NCBI GenBank assembly: GCA_963662315.1
Contig: OY759353.1
Coordinates: 2,464,001-2,528,000 of the forward strand
Length of the DNA stretch: 64,000 nucleotides
Origin: Geopsychrobacteraceae bacterium
GTDB taxonomy: Bacteria > Desulfobacterota > Desulfuromonadia > Desulfuromonadales > Geopsychrobacteraceae
Direction of reading: 5' to 3'
Under the pieces are notes generated by a model. That model ran no database searches. It had not been told where the DNA came from and saw only the letters and a program-made list of their open reading frames with translations. Positions 17,619 to 28,716 of the stretch are shown piece after piece. Made by a program: the position numbers and the translations under genes. How positions within the stretch are numbered: the stretch's first letter is position 1; each line of letters begins with the position of its first letter.

Positions 17619-18833
17619 TCACTCCTTGACCGCAGTTATGACATAAACCGGATCGAAGGCCTCAAACATTTTATAATTGGAGTATGGTCGTGTTTTAGCG
17701 ATATTGACCGTGACAACTTCAACCTGGTACCCGGCATTACCAAAGAATTCATTAGCAGCCGTCAGCGTATCAAGAGTGATCGCGTTCATGACAATACGCC
17801 CACCGGTCGCCAGTCGTGCATCGACGCCATTAAGAATTTCCCACAGAAAGCCACCACTACCGCCGATGAAAACCCGGTCAGGGTCGGGCAACTCCTCAAG
17901 ACAGGCCGGGGCATCCCCTTCAATCAGCGTGACATTGCGGGTATTGAACTTCTGCAGATTTTCCTTAATAAACTGGCGGCATTCTTCATTACGCTCGATG
18001 GCAAAGATCCGTCCGTTGGGCAACAGATGATCAGCTTCTATACAGATCGATCCCGACCCGGCACCAACATCCCAGAGGCACATATCATGGCGCAGCTTCA
18101 GCTTAGCGAGAGTAATAACCCTGACCTCCTCTTTCGTGATCAGTTTTTTTACACTGACAAACTCATCATCGGGAATCCCCAATGTCGGAACATAAAGCGC
18201 GGCATCCTCTTCGTACTCCTTAATCAGGATCACGAGATTAAGCGGCGCGACATCCAGCGCCAACAATCCACGAATATCGGTCACGCGAATTTTTTCTTCT
18301 GCAGTCCCCAGATTTTCACAAACAAACGCTTTATAACCACTGCGTCTGCGACTTAACAGCTCACGCCCGATCTGTCCTGGTTTACTTGAGCTATCGGTCA
18401 GCACCACCGCTTTATCATTAGCGACAATCCGATCGACAACATCCTTGATCCCACGTTCATAAGTCGAGATAAAAACCGTATCGTCCCAGGGCTCTCTGAT
18501 TTTTGCAAAAGCATATTGTACCGACGTCACGTTCGGCAGAAATTCAATAAGCTCATCGGGCAGATTGCGCAACAGGTAACGTCCGATTCCGAAAAACAAC
18601 GGGTCTCCCGAAGCCAGGACCACCGCTCGGCAATCACAATCCTGAAGACGCGGAACCATGCCAACCATACTGTCATCATCGATGACAACTTTTTCCCCCT
18701 GGTAATCAGGAAAAAGTTCGAGCAAACGCTGAGTCCCGAACAGCAGCGTGCTCTGAGCTATCAGCTCAAGAGCCTGACGGGTAAATCCTTCATGTCCGGC
18801 AATTCCCGCTCCGATTACATGAATCGACTTCAT
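17619..18833 (-). CDS. cbiET: Bifunctional cobalt-precorrin-7 C5 / -6B C15 methyltransferase (CbiE-CbiT, CobL type)
   Basis: VLASGDPLFFGIG; LITKEEVR, WDVGAGSGS, PDRVFIGGSGG. Confidence 0.92.
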   Translation of the reverse strand: MKSIHVIGAGIAGHEGFTRQALELIAQSTLLFGTQRLLELFPDYQGEKVVIDDDSMVGMVPRLQDCDCRAVVLASGDPLFFGIGRYLLRNLPDELIEFLPNVTSVQYAFAKIREPWDDTVFISTYERGIKDVVDRIVANDKAVVLTDSSSKPGQIGRELLSRRRSGYKAFVCENLGTAEEKIRVTDIRGLLALDVAPLNLVILIKEYEEDAALYVPTLGIPDDEFVSVKKLITKEEVRVITLAKLKLRHDMCLWDVGAGSGSICIEADHLLPNGRIFAIERNEECRQFIKENLQKFNTRNVTLIEGDAPACLEELPDPDRVFIGGSGGFLWEILNGVDARLATGGRIVMNAITLDTLTAANEFFGNAGYQVEVVTVNIAKTRPYSNYKMFEAFDPVYVITAVKE

Positions 18834-18926
18834 GAGTTATCTCCATAGATAAAGTGATCTTCGGTTACAGCGCATGGTAACGCGATTTCCCTGAAAAGAA
18901 AACGGGAGCTTAGTTCAGCTAGCATT

Positions 18927-19529
18927 TTAGCCGTTTAATTTTTTCACCACCGAAACGCCATCAGCGTAATAATCGATAATATTATGGCACCCGTAATCCT
19001 GCTCAATATTGAACAGACTTGACAGCGGGGCCTGGATCGCATCGAGCAAAATCACCCGGTTGACGCCACCATGAGCTGCGATAACTATCTCTTCCCCCGC
19101 ATGTGCAGCAATAATTCCGGCAACGACGGGAAGTATCCGATCGGCCAGGTCGCGCAACGCCTCTCCTCCTGGAGGAGCAACATTGACAATGTCCCGCAGC
19201 CGGGCCTGCCACAGCTCAGGGTAATTCTGCTCCAACTGCTGCCACGTCTGCCCTTCCCACTCGCCGATATGCAATTCACGCAAACCTGCCAGGAAAACCG
19301 GAGAAACCTGCTGCTGCTGAGCAACCAGATCAGCCAAATAGCGGCAACGTTGCAGATCGCTCGAATAAACCGCTGCCAACGCAACATCCTGCAAGCGTTC
19401 GGCAAGTGCGGCGGACTGTTGTTTGCCATAAGCAGTCAGGCTGACATCCCCCTGACCGTTGTAACGATGCGCCTCAAAACCTTCGACCTGCCCATGTCTG
19501 AGCAAATGAACGCGTGTCGGTCGCATCAT
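18927..19529 (-). CDS. cobC: Alpha-ribazole phosphatase (histidine phosphatase family)
   Basis: [21 protein letters not shown]; adjacent to cbiET. Confidence 0.8.
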   Translation of the reverse strand: MMRPTRVHLLRHGQVEGFEAHRYNGQGDVSLTAYGKQQSAALAERLQDVALAAVYSSDLQRCRYLADLVAQQQQVSPVFLAGLRELHIGEWEGQTWQQLEQNYPELWQARLRDIVNVAPPGGEALRDLADRILPVVAGIIAAHAGEEIVIAAHGGVNRVILLDAIQAPLSSLFNIEQDYGCHNIIDYYADGVSVVKKLNG

Positions 19530-20137
19530 CCTTCGTTCTCATCCAGATCATTGCCTACAGCCATGGCGTCCTCTATGCGCTCCCAGATATCATCACGCCC
19601 CTCTTTGGTCTGCGCCGAAAACAGGCTGAAGACATCCTTCCCAAGTCCTGTCTCCAAGGCAATCTGTTTAAGTTGCCGCTCCCGCTGCGAACGGTTGACT
19701 TTATCCAACTTGGTCACAACCGGGATTGTGGGCACACCAAATTCCTCAAGCCAGTCAAGCATCTGAATGTCTTCTTCACGCGGCACCCTGCGTATATCAA
19801 GAATAAAAACAACCGCCTTAAGATTTTCCCGCATCTCCAGGTAGGATCTGACCATGGGACCCCAGGCATTTTTCACCGCTACTGGAACCTTTGCAAACCC
19901 GTAACCCGGCAGGTCAACCAAGGTGAATTGCCCGTTAACCGCAAAAAAATTGAGCAGTTGTGTACGTCCCGGAGTTGAGGAGGTTCGCACCAGACTCTTG
20001 CGATTAAGCAGAACGTTGATCAACGAACTCTTACCCACATTACTGCGCCCAGCAAAAGCAATCTCCGGGCAGGTCGTTTCCGGGTACTGTCCCGGCTTGG
20101 TGGCACTTTTCACAAATTCAGCGGATATGATCTTCAT
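19526..20137 (-). CDS. engB: Ribosome biogenesis GTPase YihA/YsxC
   Basis: [25 protein letters not shown]. Confidence 0.97.
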   Translation of the reverse strand: MKIISAEFVKSATKPGQYPETTCPEIAFAGRSNVGKSSLINVLLNRKSLVRTSSTPGRTQLLNFFAVNGQFTLVDLPGYGFAKVPVAVKNAWGPMVRSYLEMRENLKAVVFILDIRRVPREEDIQMLDWLEEFGVPTIPVVTKLDKVNRSQRERQLKQIALETGLGKDVFSLFSAQTKEGRDDIWERIEDAMAVGNDLDENEG

Positions 20138-20386
20138 AATAATTATTTCTTCAAAACCTCATAAGTGTGTCAATAAACGGATGAACAAACACCTAGGATA
20201 GCAGTCACAGTAATTACTGTCGACCAGTTACCGGCAATCTAAGACCGAAAAATAAAATATTAGTGATCTGAATCGCCGTGTTCTGTTAGTATTGTTATAG
20301 ACTATATCAGAATCAGAATATTTACCCGACCATTCGATCGACATCAGGAAGCTTATACCAGCTCGTTGCACACCAAGGAGACAATA

Positions 20387-20899
20387 ATGCTCAGCGAAAG
20401 ACTCGTTACCGCGATTAATGACCAGATTCAATACGAAATCCACTCTGCATTCGTCTACAAGGCAATGCAGGCCTATTTTGAAATGGAAGATCTTCCCGGC
20501 ATGGCCAACTGGATGAACGTTCAGTTTCAGGAAGAGATGGCCCATGCTGAAAAATTTTTTAATTTTGTCTGTGAAACCGGAAGCCGGGTTACTTTTCAAG
20601 AAATAGCTGCGCCACGCAATGAATATTCATCCCCCCTGGAGGTATTTCAGGCTGCCCTTGAGCATGAGCAATCAGTTACCTCCCGTATTAATAAGTTGAT
20701 GGACATTGCGGTTGAGGAAAAAAACCATGCCGTTCAGATTTTCCTGCAGTGGTTCATCACTGAACAGATTGAGGAAGAAGCCAGCGCTGGCCAGATCATC
20801 ACCAAACTGAAGCGTGTCAAAGATGATGGCCGCGGCCTGATGATGATTGATAATGAACTGGCGGCTCGAACCTTCACTCCTATTGCTACAGCTGAGTAA
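20387..20899 (+). CDS. ftnA: Non-heme ferritin
   Basis: INDQIQYE, QFQEEMAHA, LEHEQSVT, FLQWFITEQIEEE; RBS AAGGAG. Confidence 0.93.
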   Translation: MLSERLVTAINDQIQYEIHSAFVYKAMQAYFEMEDLPGMANWMNVQFQEEMAHAEKFFNFVCETGSRVTFQEIAAPRNEYSSPLEVFQAALEHEQSVTSRINKLMDIAVEEKNHAVQIFLQWFITEQIEEEASAGQIITKLKRVKDDGRGLMMIDNELAARTFTPIATAE

Positions 20900-20957
20900 T
20901 TAGCTGTTATTTTTGTACTTATGACGATTCATTACCAAGAGAAGGAGGAACAATCCC

Positions 20958-21458
20958 ATGCTGAATGAAACTGAAATCAAAAAAGCGCTGGCCAGTTCAG
21001 TGCAAACCGAAAAAAATGCCATGAACTTTTACCAGTTGGCCGCTAAAGAAATGAAAAATGCTGATGCCATCAAAACCTTTGAGCTGCTTGCCCGTGAAGA
21101 ACGTGAACACGCCAAACACTTCTTCGATAAGTGCATGTGCTCAGACCTTCTCCCTCCATTTGAAGAATTTATTGCAGCTCCTCCGGAAAAATCCAGTGAC
21201 TGGTTATCCGACCTGGACAAAGCGCTGCTCGAAAATTTTGATGATCGTAAAGCCATGGAACTTGCAATGGACAAAGAGCAAAAACTGGCTGAAAGCTTGC
21301 GCGCAATGGCTGCCAAAGTTTCTGACCCTGAGGTCCGTGCGGTATTCGAAGAAAATGCCAAATCCACGGAAAATCATTACATTATTATTGAATCTGAATA
21401 TGCCCGGCTAATGGGTATGGTTCACGAAACCGATATCGATACTTTCGTTCGTGAATAG
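20958..21458 (+). CDS. Rubrerythrin-like (ferritin-like) diiron protein
   Basis: EKNAMNFY...AREEREH; second half EQKLAESL...STENH. Confidence 0.85.
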   Translation: MLNETEIKKALASSVQTEKNAMNFYQLAAKEMKNADAIKTFELLAREEREHAKHFFDKCMCSDLLPPFEEFIAAPPEKSSDWLSDLDKALLENFDDRKAMELAMDKEQKLAESLRAMAAKVSDPEVRAVFEENAKSTENHYIIIESEYARLMGMVHETDIDTFVRE

Positions 21459-21513
21459 TTCATCTCATGAATAAAAGGGGATCCGGCCTGACCGGATAAC
21501 TCCGATTTTTTCC

Positions 21514-21549
21514 AAATGCCGGGCTTTAAAGTGAAGTCCGGCATTTTTT
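21514..21549 (+). terminator. Intrinsic terminator after the ferritin pair
   Basis: AAATGCCGGGCTT...AAGTCCGGCATTT followed by a T run. Confidence 0.8.
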
Positions 21550-21738
21550 ATGTCCTTGTCACCAATCACTTTTTGCAGCATGTGATTTCTGGTATTTCTG
21601 TATCCCCTTGCCTATCCTGATTCGGCATAAATTCATAAAAAATATGATAAATATTGACTCGAAACGGTACTTGCAACAGTATGGCCGATTGGTATTTTCC
21701 GGTCGCTTTACTGTCCGGTTTTCAAAATGGAGGTTTTC

Positions 21739-22290
21739 ATGAAATTGCTTGCGTCGATCGTCACCGTTATCGACACTCTGAATACCGCTATCGGCAAAGG
21801 AGTATCCTGGTTAAGCGGAATTCTGGTTGTTGTCGTTTGCTATGACGTTTTCACCCGCTATTTTCTGCGTCACAGTAGTGTCGCCGTTCAGGAAATGGAA
21901 TGGCATATCTTTGCAATTTTGTTTCTGATTGCCGCTGCCTATGCCCTGAAAGAGGATAGCCACGTCCGGGTTGATGTCTTCTATACGCACCTACCACCAC
22001 GCGGCAAAGCCGCTATTAATTTTTTCGGCAGTGTCATTTTTCTGATTCCATTTGCTCTGTTGATTATCTGGACCAGCAAAGGTTTTGTCTCCATGAGTTA
22101 TACAATTCAGGAAATCAGCCCCGATCCTGGAGGTCTTCCCTATCGTTTTCTGCTTAAAGCCATGGTCCCGACCGGTTTTATCCTGATCCTGTTGCAGGGG
22201 ATCTCCCTGGCCCTCAGTTCATTCTGTATCATGATCGGCAGCCCCCTGAAAAATCAACGTTCCACCCCGGAGGACCAGCCTCATGCCTGA
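21739..22290 (+). CDS. TRAP transporter small permease (DctQ family)
   Basis: QEMEWH, HVRVDVFY, SPDPGGLPYRF. Confidence 0.93.
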   Translation: MKLLASIVTVIDTLNTAIGKGVSWLSGILVVVVCYDVFTRYFLRHSSVAVQEMEWHIFAILFLIAAAYALKEDSHVRVDVFYTHLPPRGKAAINFFGSVIFLIPFALLIIWTSKGFVSMSYTIQEISPDPGGLPYRFLLKAMVPTGFILILLQGISLALSSFCIMIGSPLKNQRSTPEDQPHA

Positions 22291-23605
22291 ATATGTGTCT
22301 CTTGTTTTATTTGCAGTTGTCTTTGCCCTGTTATTACTGGGCTTTCCGGTCGCATTTACCCTGGGGGGGGTCTCTTTCATTTTTGGCTATTTTACCTTTG
22401 GTCTAAACTTTTTCCAGCTGCTTCCCCTGCGCATCTGGGGAACCATGACCAACTATGTTCTGATTGCCGTTCCGCTATTTGTCTTTATGGGACTGATGCT
22501 TGAAAAGTCAGGATTGGCCGAAGAGCTGCTGGAAACCATGGCCATGCTGTTCGGAAAGATACGTGGTGGGCTAGCTATTTCCGTAATCGTCGTTGGCGCG
22601 GTCCTGGCGGCTTCAACCGGCATAGTCGGCGCTACGGTTGTAACCATGGGGCTGTTGTCCTTGCCAACCATGGTCAAGCGAGGCTATTCCCCCGAGCTGT
22701 CTACCGGAACTATTTGCGCCGCCGGAACTTTGGGGCAGATCATCCCTCCAAGTATTGTCCTGGTGCTGCTTGGCAGTGTCATGAACATCTCCATCGGCGA
22801 TATGTTCGTTGGCGCGATCATTCCCGGCCTCCTGATGGTTGCGCTTTACATTGTCTATATCATTATTGTCGCTGCAGTCCGCCCTGAATCTGCTCCGGCT
22901 ATGCCACCAGAAGAACTGGCCGCCTTTCGTGCCAATGGTATGTATCGGCGCATTATCCGCGCTTTTCTACTGCCGTTCTTCCTTATCCTGGCTGTTCTTG
23001 GATCCATATTTGCCGGGATCGCCTCACCAACCGAGGCAGCTGCTGTTGGAGCATTCGGTGCAACACTTCTGACTATCTGGCAGAAAAAGTTTACCTACAA
23101 AACCCTCATTGAAGTGATGCGCGGCACAACAACCCTGACCTGCATGGTATTTATCCTGCTGGTTGGTGCGGCTGCCTTCGGTCTGGTTTTCCGTGGCATG
23201 GGAGGAGATCGTTACATCACTAGCCTGATTATGGATGCCGGGATTGAAGTTCACCATTTTCTCTTTATCGTTATGTTGGTTATTTTTATTGCCGGCTTTT
23301 TCATCGATTTTATCGAAATAACCTTCATTATAGTCCCCGTTGTTGCACCTATTTTCCAACAAATGGGTGTCAATCAACTGTGGCTGGGCATCCTCATCGC
23401 TCTCAACTTACAAACCTCTTTTTTAACCCCGCCCTTTGGATTCAGCTTGTTCTATCTTAAAGGGGTTGCACCGCCAACCATCACCACGGCCCATATTTAT
23501 AAAGGCATCCTGCCCTTTATCGCGATTCAGATGATCTGTATCCTGATCGTTGTCTTCTGGCCCGATGCAGTCACCTGGCTTCCCAGGGCTATGTCCGGGC
23601 ACTGA
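22283..23605 (+). CDS. TRAP transporter large permease (DctM family)
   Basis: GFPVAFTL, GTLGQIIPPS, TPPFGFSLFYL. Confidence 0.95.
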   Translation: MPEYVSLVLFAVVFALLLLGFPVAFTLGGVSFIFGYFTFGLNFFQLLPLRIWGTMTNYVLIAVPLFVFMGLMLEKSGLAEELLETMAMLFGKIRGGLAISVIVVGAVLAASTGIVGATVVTMGLLSLPTMVKRGYSPELSTGTICAAGTLGQIIPPSIVLVLLGSVMNISIGDMFVGAIIPGLLMVALYIVYIIIVAAVRPESAPAMPPEELAAFRANGMYRRIIRAFLLPFFLILAVLGSIFAGIASPTEAAAVGAFGATLLTIWQKKFTYKTLIEVMRGTTTLTCMVFILLVGAAAFGLVFRGMGGDRYITSLIMDAGIEVHHFLFIVMLVIFIAGFFIDFIEITFIIVPVVAPIFQQMGVNQLWLGILIALNLQTSFLTPPFGFSLFYLKGVAPPTITTAHIYKGILPFIAIQMICILIVVFWPDAVTWLPRAMSGH

Positions 23606-23624
23606 TTTGAGATCGCGTTTAAAC

Positions 23625-23662
23625 AAAAAATCCCCGCAGCGGTTTGCTACGGGGATTTTTTT
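23625..23662. terminator. Bidirectional terminator between the convergent TRAP genes
   Basis: A6-TCCCCGCAGC-GGTTT-GCTACGGGGA-T7. Confidence 0.85.
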
Positions 23663-23678
23663 CGTCCAACTCTTTTTC

Positions 23679-24773
23679 TTAGGCGAAAAGATTATGGTAG
23701 GCCACTTCAGATGCTTTTTGCCAGCCCTGGTATTCCTTCTGGAAAGCACTAAAACTATCGTAAACCTTCTTGCTCATAGGATCCTTGGCGACCAGTTCCT
23801 CAAGAACCTCATGGGAGTACTTACGTAACGTCTCTACGACATCCTTCGGGAATTGCTTTACCTGAACGCCTTCTTCCTTGATCATTTTGTTCAGATAACG
23901 GTTATTCTGGGCTTCCGCCTCACTAAGAGTCAACATATTGACGGCCATAGCAGCGTTACGAATAATCTCCTGCAGATCCTCAGGCAAAGAGTCAAAGGCA
24001 GCCTTATTGACAAACGCCTCAACAACAGAGCCCGGCTCATGCCAACCTGGAGCATAGTAGTACTTGGCAACCTTATAGAAGCCCATTTTATAGTCATTAT
24101 AGGGACCGACCCATTCTGTCGCATCGATGACACCGCGCTCAAGGTTGGTGTAAATTTCACCGCCGGCAGAAAGGATTGCGCTCCCCCCTGCTTTTGCCAG
24201 GACTTTTCCACCCAGACCAGGAATCCGCATTTTCAACCCTTTGAAATCTTCGATGCTCTTGATTTCACGATTGAACCACCCACCCATCTGCACGCCGGTG
24301 TTGCCAGAGGGGAAAGGAATCAGGTTAAACTTACTGTAAACTTCTTCCCACAGCTTAAGACCGCCACCGCTATACAGCCAGGAATTCATTCCCTGAGCGT
24401 TTAATCCAAATGGTACCGCAGAGAAAAACTGTGCGGCAGGAGATTTACCTGCCCAGTAATAGGGAGAAGCATGGCCCATTTCCACCATACCGGCACTAAC
24501 CGCTTCAAAGGCCTGTAACGGTGGAACCAGTTCGCCCCCACCGTAGACCTGTACTTTGAGCCGACCACCAGACATTTTAGTAATCATCTCGGCCAGCTTA
24601 TCAGCGCCTTCTCCAAACAATGGAAAGTGTGGTGGCCAAGTGGTTACCATGCGCCAGTTATAGGTCTTTTCGGCCCGGACAATAGCCGGAGCACCAACAG
24701 TTGCCGCAGTTGCAGCTACCGCCGTCGCGGCAGAAGCCTTTTTCAAAAAATCGCGCCTGTTATTTGTTTCCAT
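23679..24773 (-). CDS. TRAP substrate-binding protein (TakP-like, Tat signal)
   Basis: RRDFLKK Tat motif, WRMVTTWP, GNTGVQMGGWF, KMRIPGLGG, IDATEWVGP. Confidence 0.93.
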   Translation of the reverse strand: METNNRRDFLKKASAATAVAATAATVGAPAIVRAEKTYNWRMVTTWPPHFPLFGEGADKLAEMITKMSGGRLKVQVYGGGELVPPLQAFEAVSAGMVEMGHASPYYWAGKSPAAQFFSAVPFGLNAQGMNSWLYSGGGLKLWEEVYSKFNLIPFPSGNTGVQMGGWFNREIKSIEDFKGLKMRIPGLGGKVLAKAGGSAILSAGGEIYTNLERGVIDATEWVGPYNDYKMGFYKVAKYYYAPGWHEPGSVVEAFVNKAAFDSLPEDLQEIIRNAAMAVNMLTLSEAEAQNNRYLNKMIKEEGVQVKQFPKDVVETLRKYSHEVLEELVAKDPMSKKVYDSFSAFQKEYQGWQKASEVAYHNLFA

Positions 24774-24881
24774 CGACAAGAATCCTCCCAGGGGAATTAA
24801 ACGGTAGTGACTTAAGTACGCAAAAGTCCAAACAGAATATAACTCTGTTATGTTCCTTGTCAAATCCTCTCTGGCTGTCGA

Positions 24882-26342
24882 CTAATATTCTTCGGAGGGA
24901 AACTCAACGATGAATGTCGCGCCACCACCTGGAGTCGGTTCAACCCAGGCACTGCCGCCGTAGACTCGTGCGATTTTGGCAACGCTCGCAAGACCGATAC
25001 CGGTTCCGGCAATTTTACGGCTATCTTTCCCCCGGAAGAAGGGTTCAAAAATTGCCATTTTTTCTGCTGTACCTACGCCAGGCCCGTGATCTTTCACGCG
25101 ATAACGGACACGACCATCAGCTTCTTCACCATCAACTTCTACCAGTGGATGCGTTTTCACTGCATATTTAATTGCATTTGCCAACAGATTACGAAACATA
25201 TTGGCCACCAGCTCTTCTGGGATACGAATAGCTGGGAGGTCCGCAATCTTTACTTCGGCACTGCTTTCGATGACCTTGTCGGCAAGCTCAAAAAGCATTT
25301 CGTTAGCCACCAGAGTGACATCCACCGGGAATTCAGGCTGTTTGAGCTGCTCGACACGCGATAAAGTCAGCAAATCCTCAAGCAGATTGCGCATCTTTTC
25401 TGCAGTTTTCTTGATCTCCTGAATACTGATCTGGCCAATTTCATCAAGCTCGTCACTATAACGATCAATAAGTAGATCGGCAAAGCCGATAAGTGGTGTC
25501 AGAGGTGAACGTAGGTCATGGGATACCGTAGATACGAAAGCATCGAGTTCTTTGTTGGCCTGATGCAGACGCTTTTCAGTCTGTGTCCTTTCCGTTATAT
25601 CGCGACAAACGGCCAGTTTTTGCGTAGTCGATGCCTTATCAGGATAGGGGGAATGAATCACTTCAAAAATTCTGTCTCCTCCTATAAACATTTTTTCCTG
25701 GCGCACTGCTTTGCCAGTCAGTACCACATCCATAGGACAATCTGGACAAACTCCCGGTTCATTGTAAATAGCTTCATGACAGTGTTTACCCGTAACATCG
25801 CCAAGCACTTCCACCATCGCCTGATTCACAAAAACAAGCTGATACTTGTCGTTACAGATATATACAGGGTCGGTCATACCATCGAGGACTGAACGCAGGG
25901 CAGCCTTTTCCTGTTCCAGTTCCGCCGTGCGCTTCACAACCGCTTTGCGCAGCAGATCTTCTTCCCGCTTAAATTGTGTAATTTCAACGAACGCTTCAAT
26001 CCCCCCGATAACCACCCCATCGATATTGCGCAACAGATCAATATTTTTACTTACTGATATCACTTCACCGTTTTTGTGAAGAAAGGAGCAGGTTTGATTA
26101 ATCACCGGGAAAGTGTCGCTATCTGAAAAAAGCCGACATCCAGCATGGCAGGGATCCCCCTGTAACAGCGAACAGTGTTTGCCAATAGCTTCCTGCGCCG
26201 TATAACCGGTAATCCGTTCCGCCTCTGCATTCCAGTAAACAATGTATTTTTCCGTATCGACCAGAAACAGTCCGGTTGGAATAGTCTGCAAGAGTTTTTC
26301 CAAAGGATATTTGTCAAGCAGTTGATGGAGAGCGACATTCAT
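24882..26342 (-). CDS. PAS-PAS sensor histidine kinase
   Basis: Two PAS domains, H-box VSHDLRSPLT, NLLANAIKY, DHGPG, GTGIGL. Confidence 0.95.
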   Translation of the reverse strand: MNVALHQLLDKYPLEKLLQTIPTGLFLVDTEKYIVYWNAEAERITGYTAQEAIGKHCSLLQGDPCHAGCRLFSDSDTFPVINQTCSFLHKNGEVISVSKNIDLLRNIDGVVIGGIEAFVEITQFKREEDLLRKAVVKRTAELEQEKAALRSVLDGMTDPVYICNDKYQLVFVNQAMVEVLGDVTGKHCHEAIYNEPGVCPDCPMDVVLTGKAVRQEKMFIGGDRIFEVIHSPYPDKASTTQKLAVCRDITERTQTEKRLHQANKELDAFVSTVSHDLRSPLTPLIGFADLLIDRYSDELDEIGQISIQEIKKTAEKMRNLLEDLLTLSRVEQLKQPEFPVDVTLVANEMLFELADKVIESSAEVKIADLPAIRIPEELVANMFRNLLANAIKYAVKTHPLVEVDGEEADGRVRYRVKDHGPGVGTAEKMAIFEPFFRGKDSRKIAGTGIGLASVAKIARVYGGSAWVEPTPGGGATFIVEFPSEEY

Positions 26343-26425
26343 GGCAAAGACTCCAGACCTTCTGAGTTTGTGATATCCTATAAAACTATAACATCAATCT
26401 TCTGATATGCGTTAAAATCTTCAAA

Positions 26426-27148
26426 TCATCCAGCTCTAGCTACGGTCACGACAGTTACCTTCTGCGCCCCTGCGGCCAGCAGAGTCTTGGTACAGGCCGC
26501 AACGGTGGCACCAGTGGTAAAGACATCATCAACCAGCAACACATGCTCACCACTCAACACCTCCTTGCACATGAACGCACGCAGAATATTCCGTTCACGG
26601 TCCGTAGCAGAAAGATTGTGCTGCGGCAAAGTCTGATGCTGTTTACGTAAAAGACGCTGGTTAACCGGGCAAGCCAGCATACGGCCTAATTCGCGGGCCA
26701 GAAGGCCTGCCTGGTTATAACTTCGTTGCCTCATTCCAGATACATGCAATGGTACAGGCACTATCAGGTCATAACGCTCCGCAGGAGGTAGAGCCCTCTT
26801 CATAAAGCAAGCTAATGATCGATCAAGATTAACACGCTTTTCGAATTTGAACTGGCGGATAGCCGTCTGCAGTGTACCCTGATACAGACCAGCACAATAG
26901 ACCGCGACAAAAGCAGGGGACGTGCGTAAACAGCGGGGGCAGAGATGGGCGTGGCCGGAAACACCGGCAAAAGGCTGGCAACAAAGGACACAACGCGCCG
27001 CGGGCAACGGCCGGACAGCGTTGAGACAGGTTTGACACCAGGGCTCATTCCATCCGACCGGTAACGTTGCATGGCACAACGCACAGGCCGGGGGAAAGAG
27101 AAATTTGAACAGGCGGTTAAAATACCGCCGGAGTAGCTCAGTTAAAAC
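26426..27148 (-). CDS. comF: ComF-family phosphoribosyltransferase with double zinc ribbon; start uncertain and non-canonical
   Basis: LFPPACALC (upstream of the listed start), CQTC, CVLC, CPRC, RSYNQA, LLVDDVFTTGAT. Confidence 0.85.
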   Translation of the reverse strand, partial: VLTELLRRYFNRLFKFLFPPACALCHATLPVGWNEPWCQTCLNAVRPLPAARCVLCCQPFAGVSGHAHLCPRCLRTSPAFVAVYCAGLYQGTLQTAIRQFKFEKRVNLDRSLACFMKRALPPAERYDLIVPVPLHVSGMRQRSYNQAGLLARELGRMLACPVNQRLLRKQHQTLPQHNLSATDRERNILRAFMCKEVLSGEHVLLVDDVFTTGATVAACTKTLLAAGAQKVTVVTVARAG

Positions 27149-27182
27149 GAAAATCCCCTCCTGCTTTTCGTTTATGACAAAA

Positions 27183-28715
27183 CTATGAATGACTAATCAA
27201 CGATGTGCCTGTCATAACTTCAGGCTTTTGCAGATTGAGCAGTTCCAGAACCGTCGGAGCCAAATCGGCAAGCATACCTTCGCGCACTTTTGCCTCTTTA
27301 TGATCCGGGTCGACCAGAATAAAGGGAACCAGATTGCTGGTATGTGCCGTGTGAGGCTGACCATTGTCACCCATCATCTGCTCACAGTTGCCATGATCAG
27401 CGGTGATCAATAATTTCCCGCCAGCAGCCAGAACCCCGTCTACAACACGACCAAGACAGGTATCAACTGTTTGCACCGCCTGCACTGCGGCTTCGAGGAT
27501 GCCGGTATGACCAACCATGTCACAGTTGGCAAAGTTGAGAATGATCACTTCATACTGCGCCGCGGCAATCCGCTTCAGTACTTCCTCAGTCACTTCCAGA
27601 GCACTCATAGCAGGCTTCTGGTCGTAAGTAGCAACGTCCTTTGGGGAAGGGATCAGCACCCGGTCTTCACCCGGCCAGGCGTGCTCAACACCTCCATTGA
27701 AAAAGAACGTAACGTGAGCATATTTTTCAGTTTCGGCAATACGCAGCTGTTTCAGACCCGCTTCAGCGACAACCTCGGCAAGAATTTTCGGGTAAGTTTC
27801 TGACGGAAACGCAACCGGCAGTCCGAACGTTTCATCATATTCGGTCAGGCAGACATAATCGGCAAGCCTGGCAACTTTTCTACGCTCAAAACCATCAAAG
27901 CTGTCAAAAACCAACGCCCTGGTGATTTCACGGGCTCGGTCAGCCCGAAAATTGAAGAAGATCACGACATCATCATCGTCAATCGTAGCCGCTGTTGTCC
28001 CGATCACGGTTGGTTCGACAAACTCATCGGTTTTGCCATCGCCATAAGCCACAGCAATCGCTTCTGCTGACGAAGCGGCCTGCAAACCGATGCCAGAGGT
28101 CATGCCCAGGTATGATTTTTCAACCCTGTCCCAGCGATTGTCACGATCCATAACCCAGTAACGACCAGAGACTGTTGCAACACGGCCAAGTCCGATATCA
28201 ACCAGTTTTTCTTCGAGTTCCCGGAGAAAATCAACCCCGCTTTGCGGCGGCGTATCGCGACCATCAAGAAACGCATGGACACACACATCTTTCACACCGC
28301 AATCTTTAGCTAGCTGCACCAAGGCATAAAGGTGCTGATTATGCGAGTGAACCCCCCCATTGGACAACAAACCGAGTAAATGAAGCTTGGTTCCTCTGGC
28401 TGCCGCCTTTTCACAGGCACCTTTCAGCGTTGAATTTGAAAAAAATGAGCCATCTTCAATGGACAGGGAAATCCGACTTAAATCTTGATAGATGATACGG
28501 CCAGCTCCAATGTTGAGGTGACCGACTTCAGAATTCCCCATTTGACCATCAGGCAGACCGACGGCCTGCCCCGAAGCCTTAAGCAAACTATTGGGCCACT
28601 CGCTGCGCAACCGATCCATAACAGGCGTTTTCGCAATACAGGCAGCGTTAAAGTCACAGCTGGAGCGAACACCCCAGCCGTCAAGAATAACAAGAGCAAC
28701 AGGCCCTTTTTTCAT
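27183..28715 (-). CDS. gpmI: 2,3-bisphosphoglycerate-independent phosphoglycerate mutase
   Basis: [39 protein letters not shown]. Confidence 0.97.
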   Translation of the reverse strand: MKKGPVALVILDGWGVRSSCDFNAACIAKTPVMDRLRSEWPNSLLKASGQAVGLPDGQMGNSEVGHLNIGAGRIIYQDLSRISLSIEDGSFFSNSTLKGACEKAAARGTKLHLLGLLSNGGVHSHNQHLYALVQLAKDCGVKDVCVHAFLDGRDTPPQSGVDFLRELEEKLVDIGLGRVATVSGRYWVMDRDNRWDRVEKSYLGMTSGIGLQAASSAEAIAVAYGDGKTDEFVEPTVIGTTAATIDDDDVVIFFNFRADRAREITRALVFDSFDGFERRKVARLADYVCLTEYDETFGLPVAFPSETYPKILAEVVAEAGLKQLRIAETEKYAHVTFFFNGGVEHAWPGEDRVLIPSPKDVATYDQKPAMSALEVTEEVLKRIAAAQYEVIILNFANCDMVGHTGILEAAVQAVQTVDTCLGRVVDGVLAAGGKLLITADHGNCEQMMGDNGQPHTAHTSNLVPFILVDPDHKEAKVREGMLADLAPTVLELLNLQKPEVMTGTSLISHS

Positions 28716-28716
28716 A

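Noticed and set aside
18834..18926. Cobalamin riboswitch before cbiET (also checked before scpA)
   Set aside because: Spacers are short and show no B12-box or other conserved riboswitch elements
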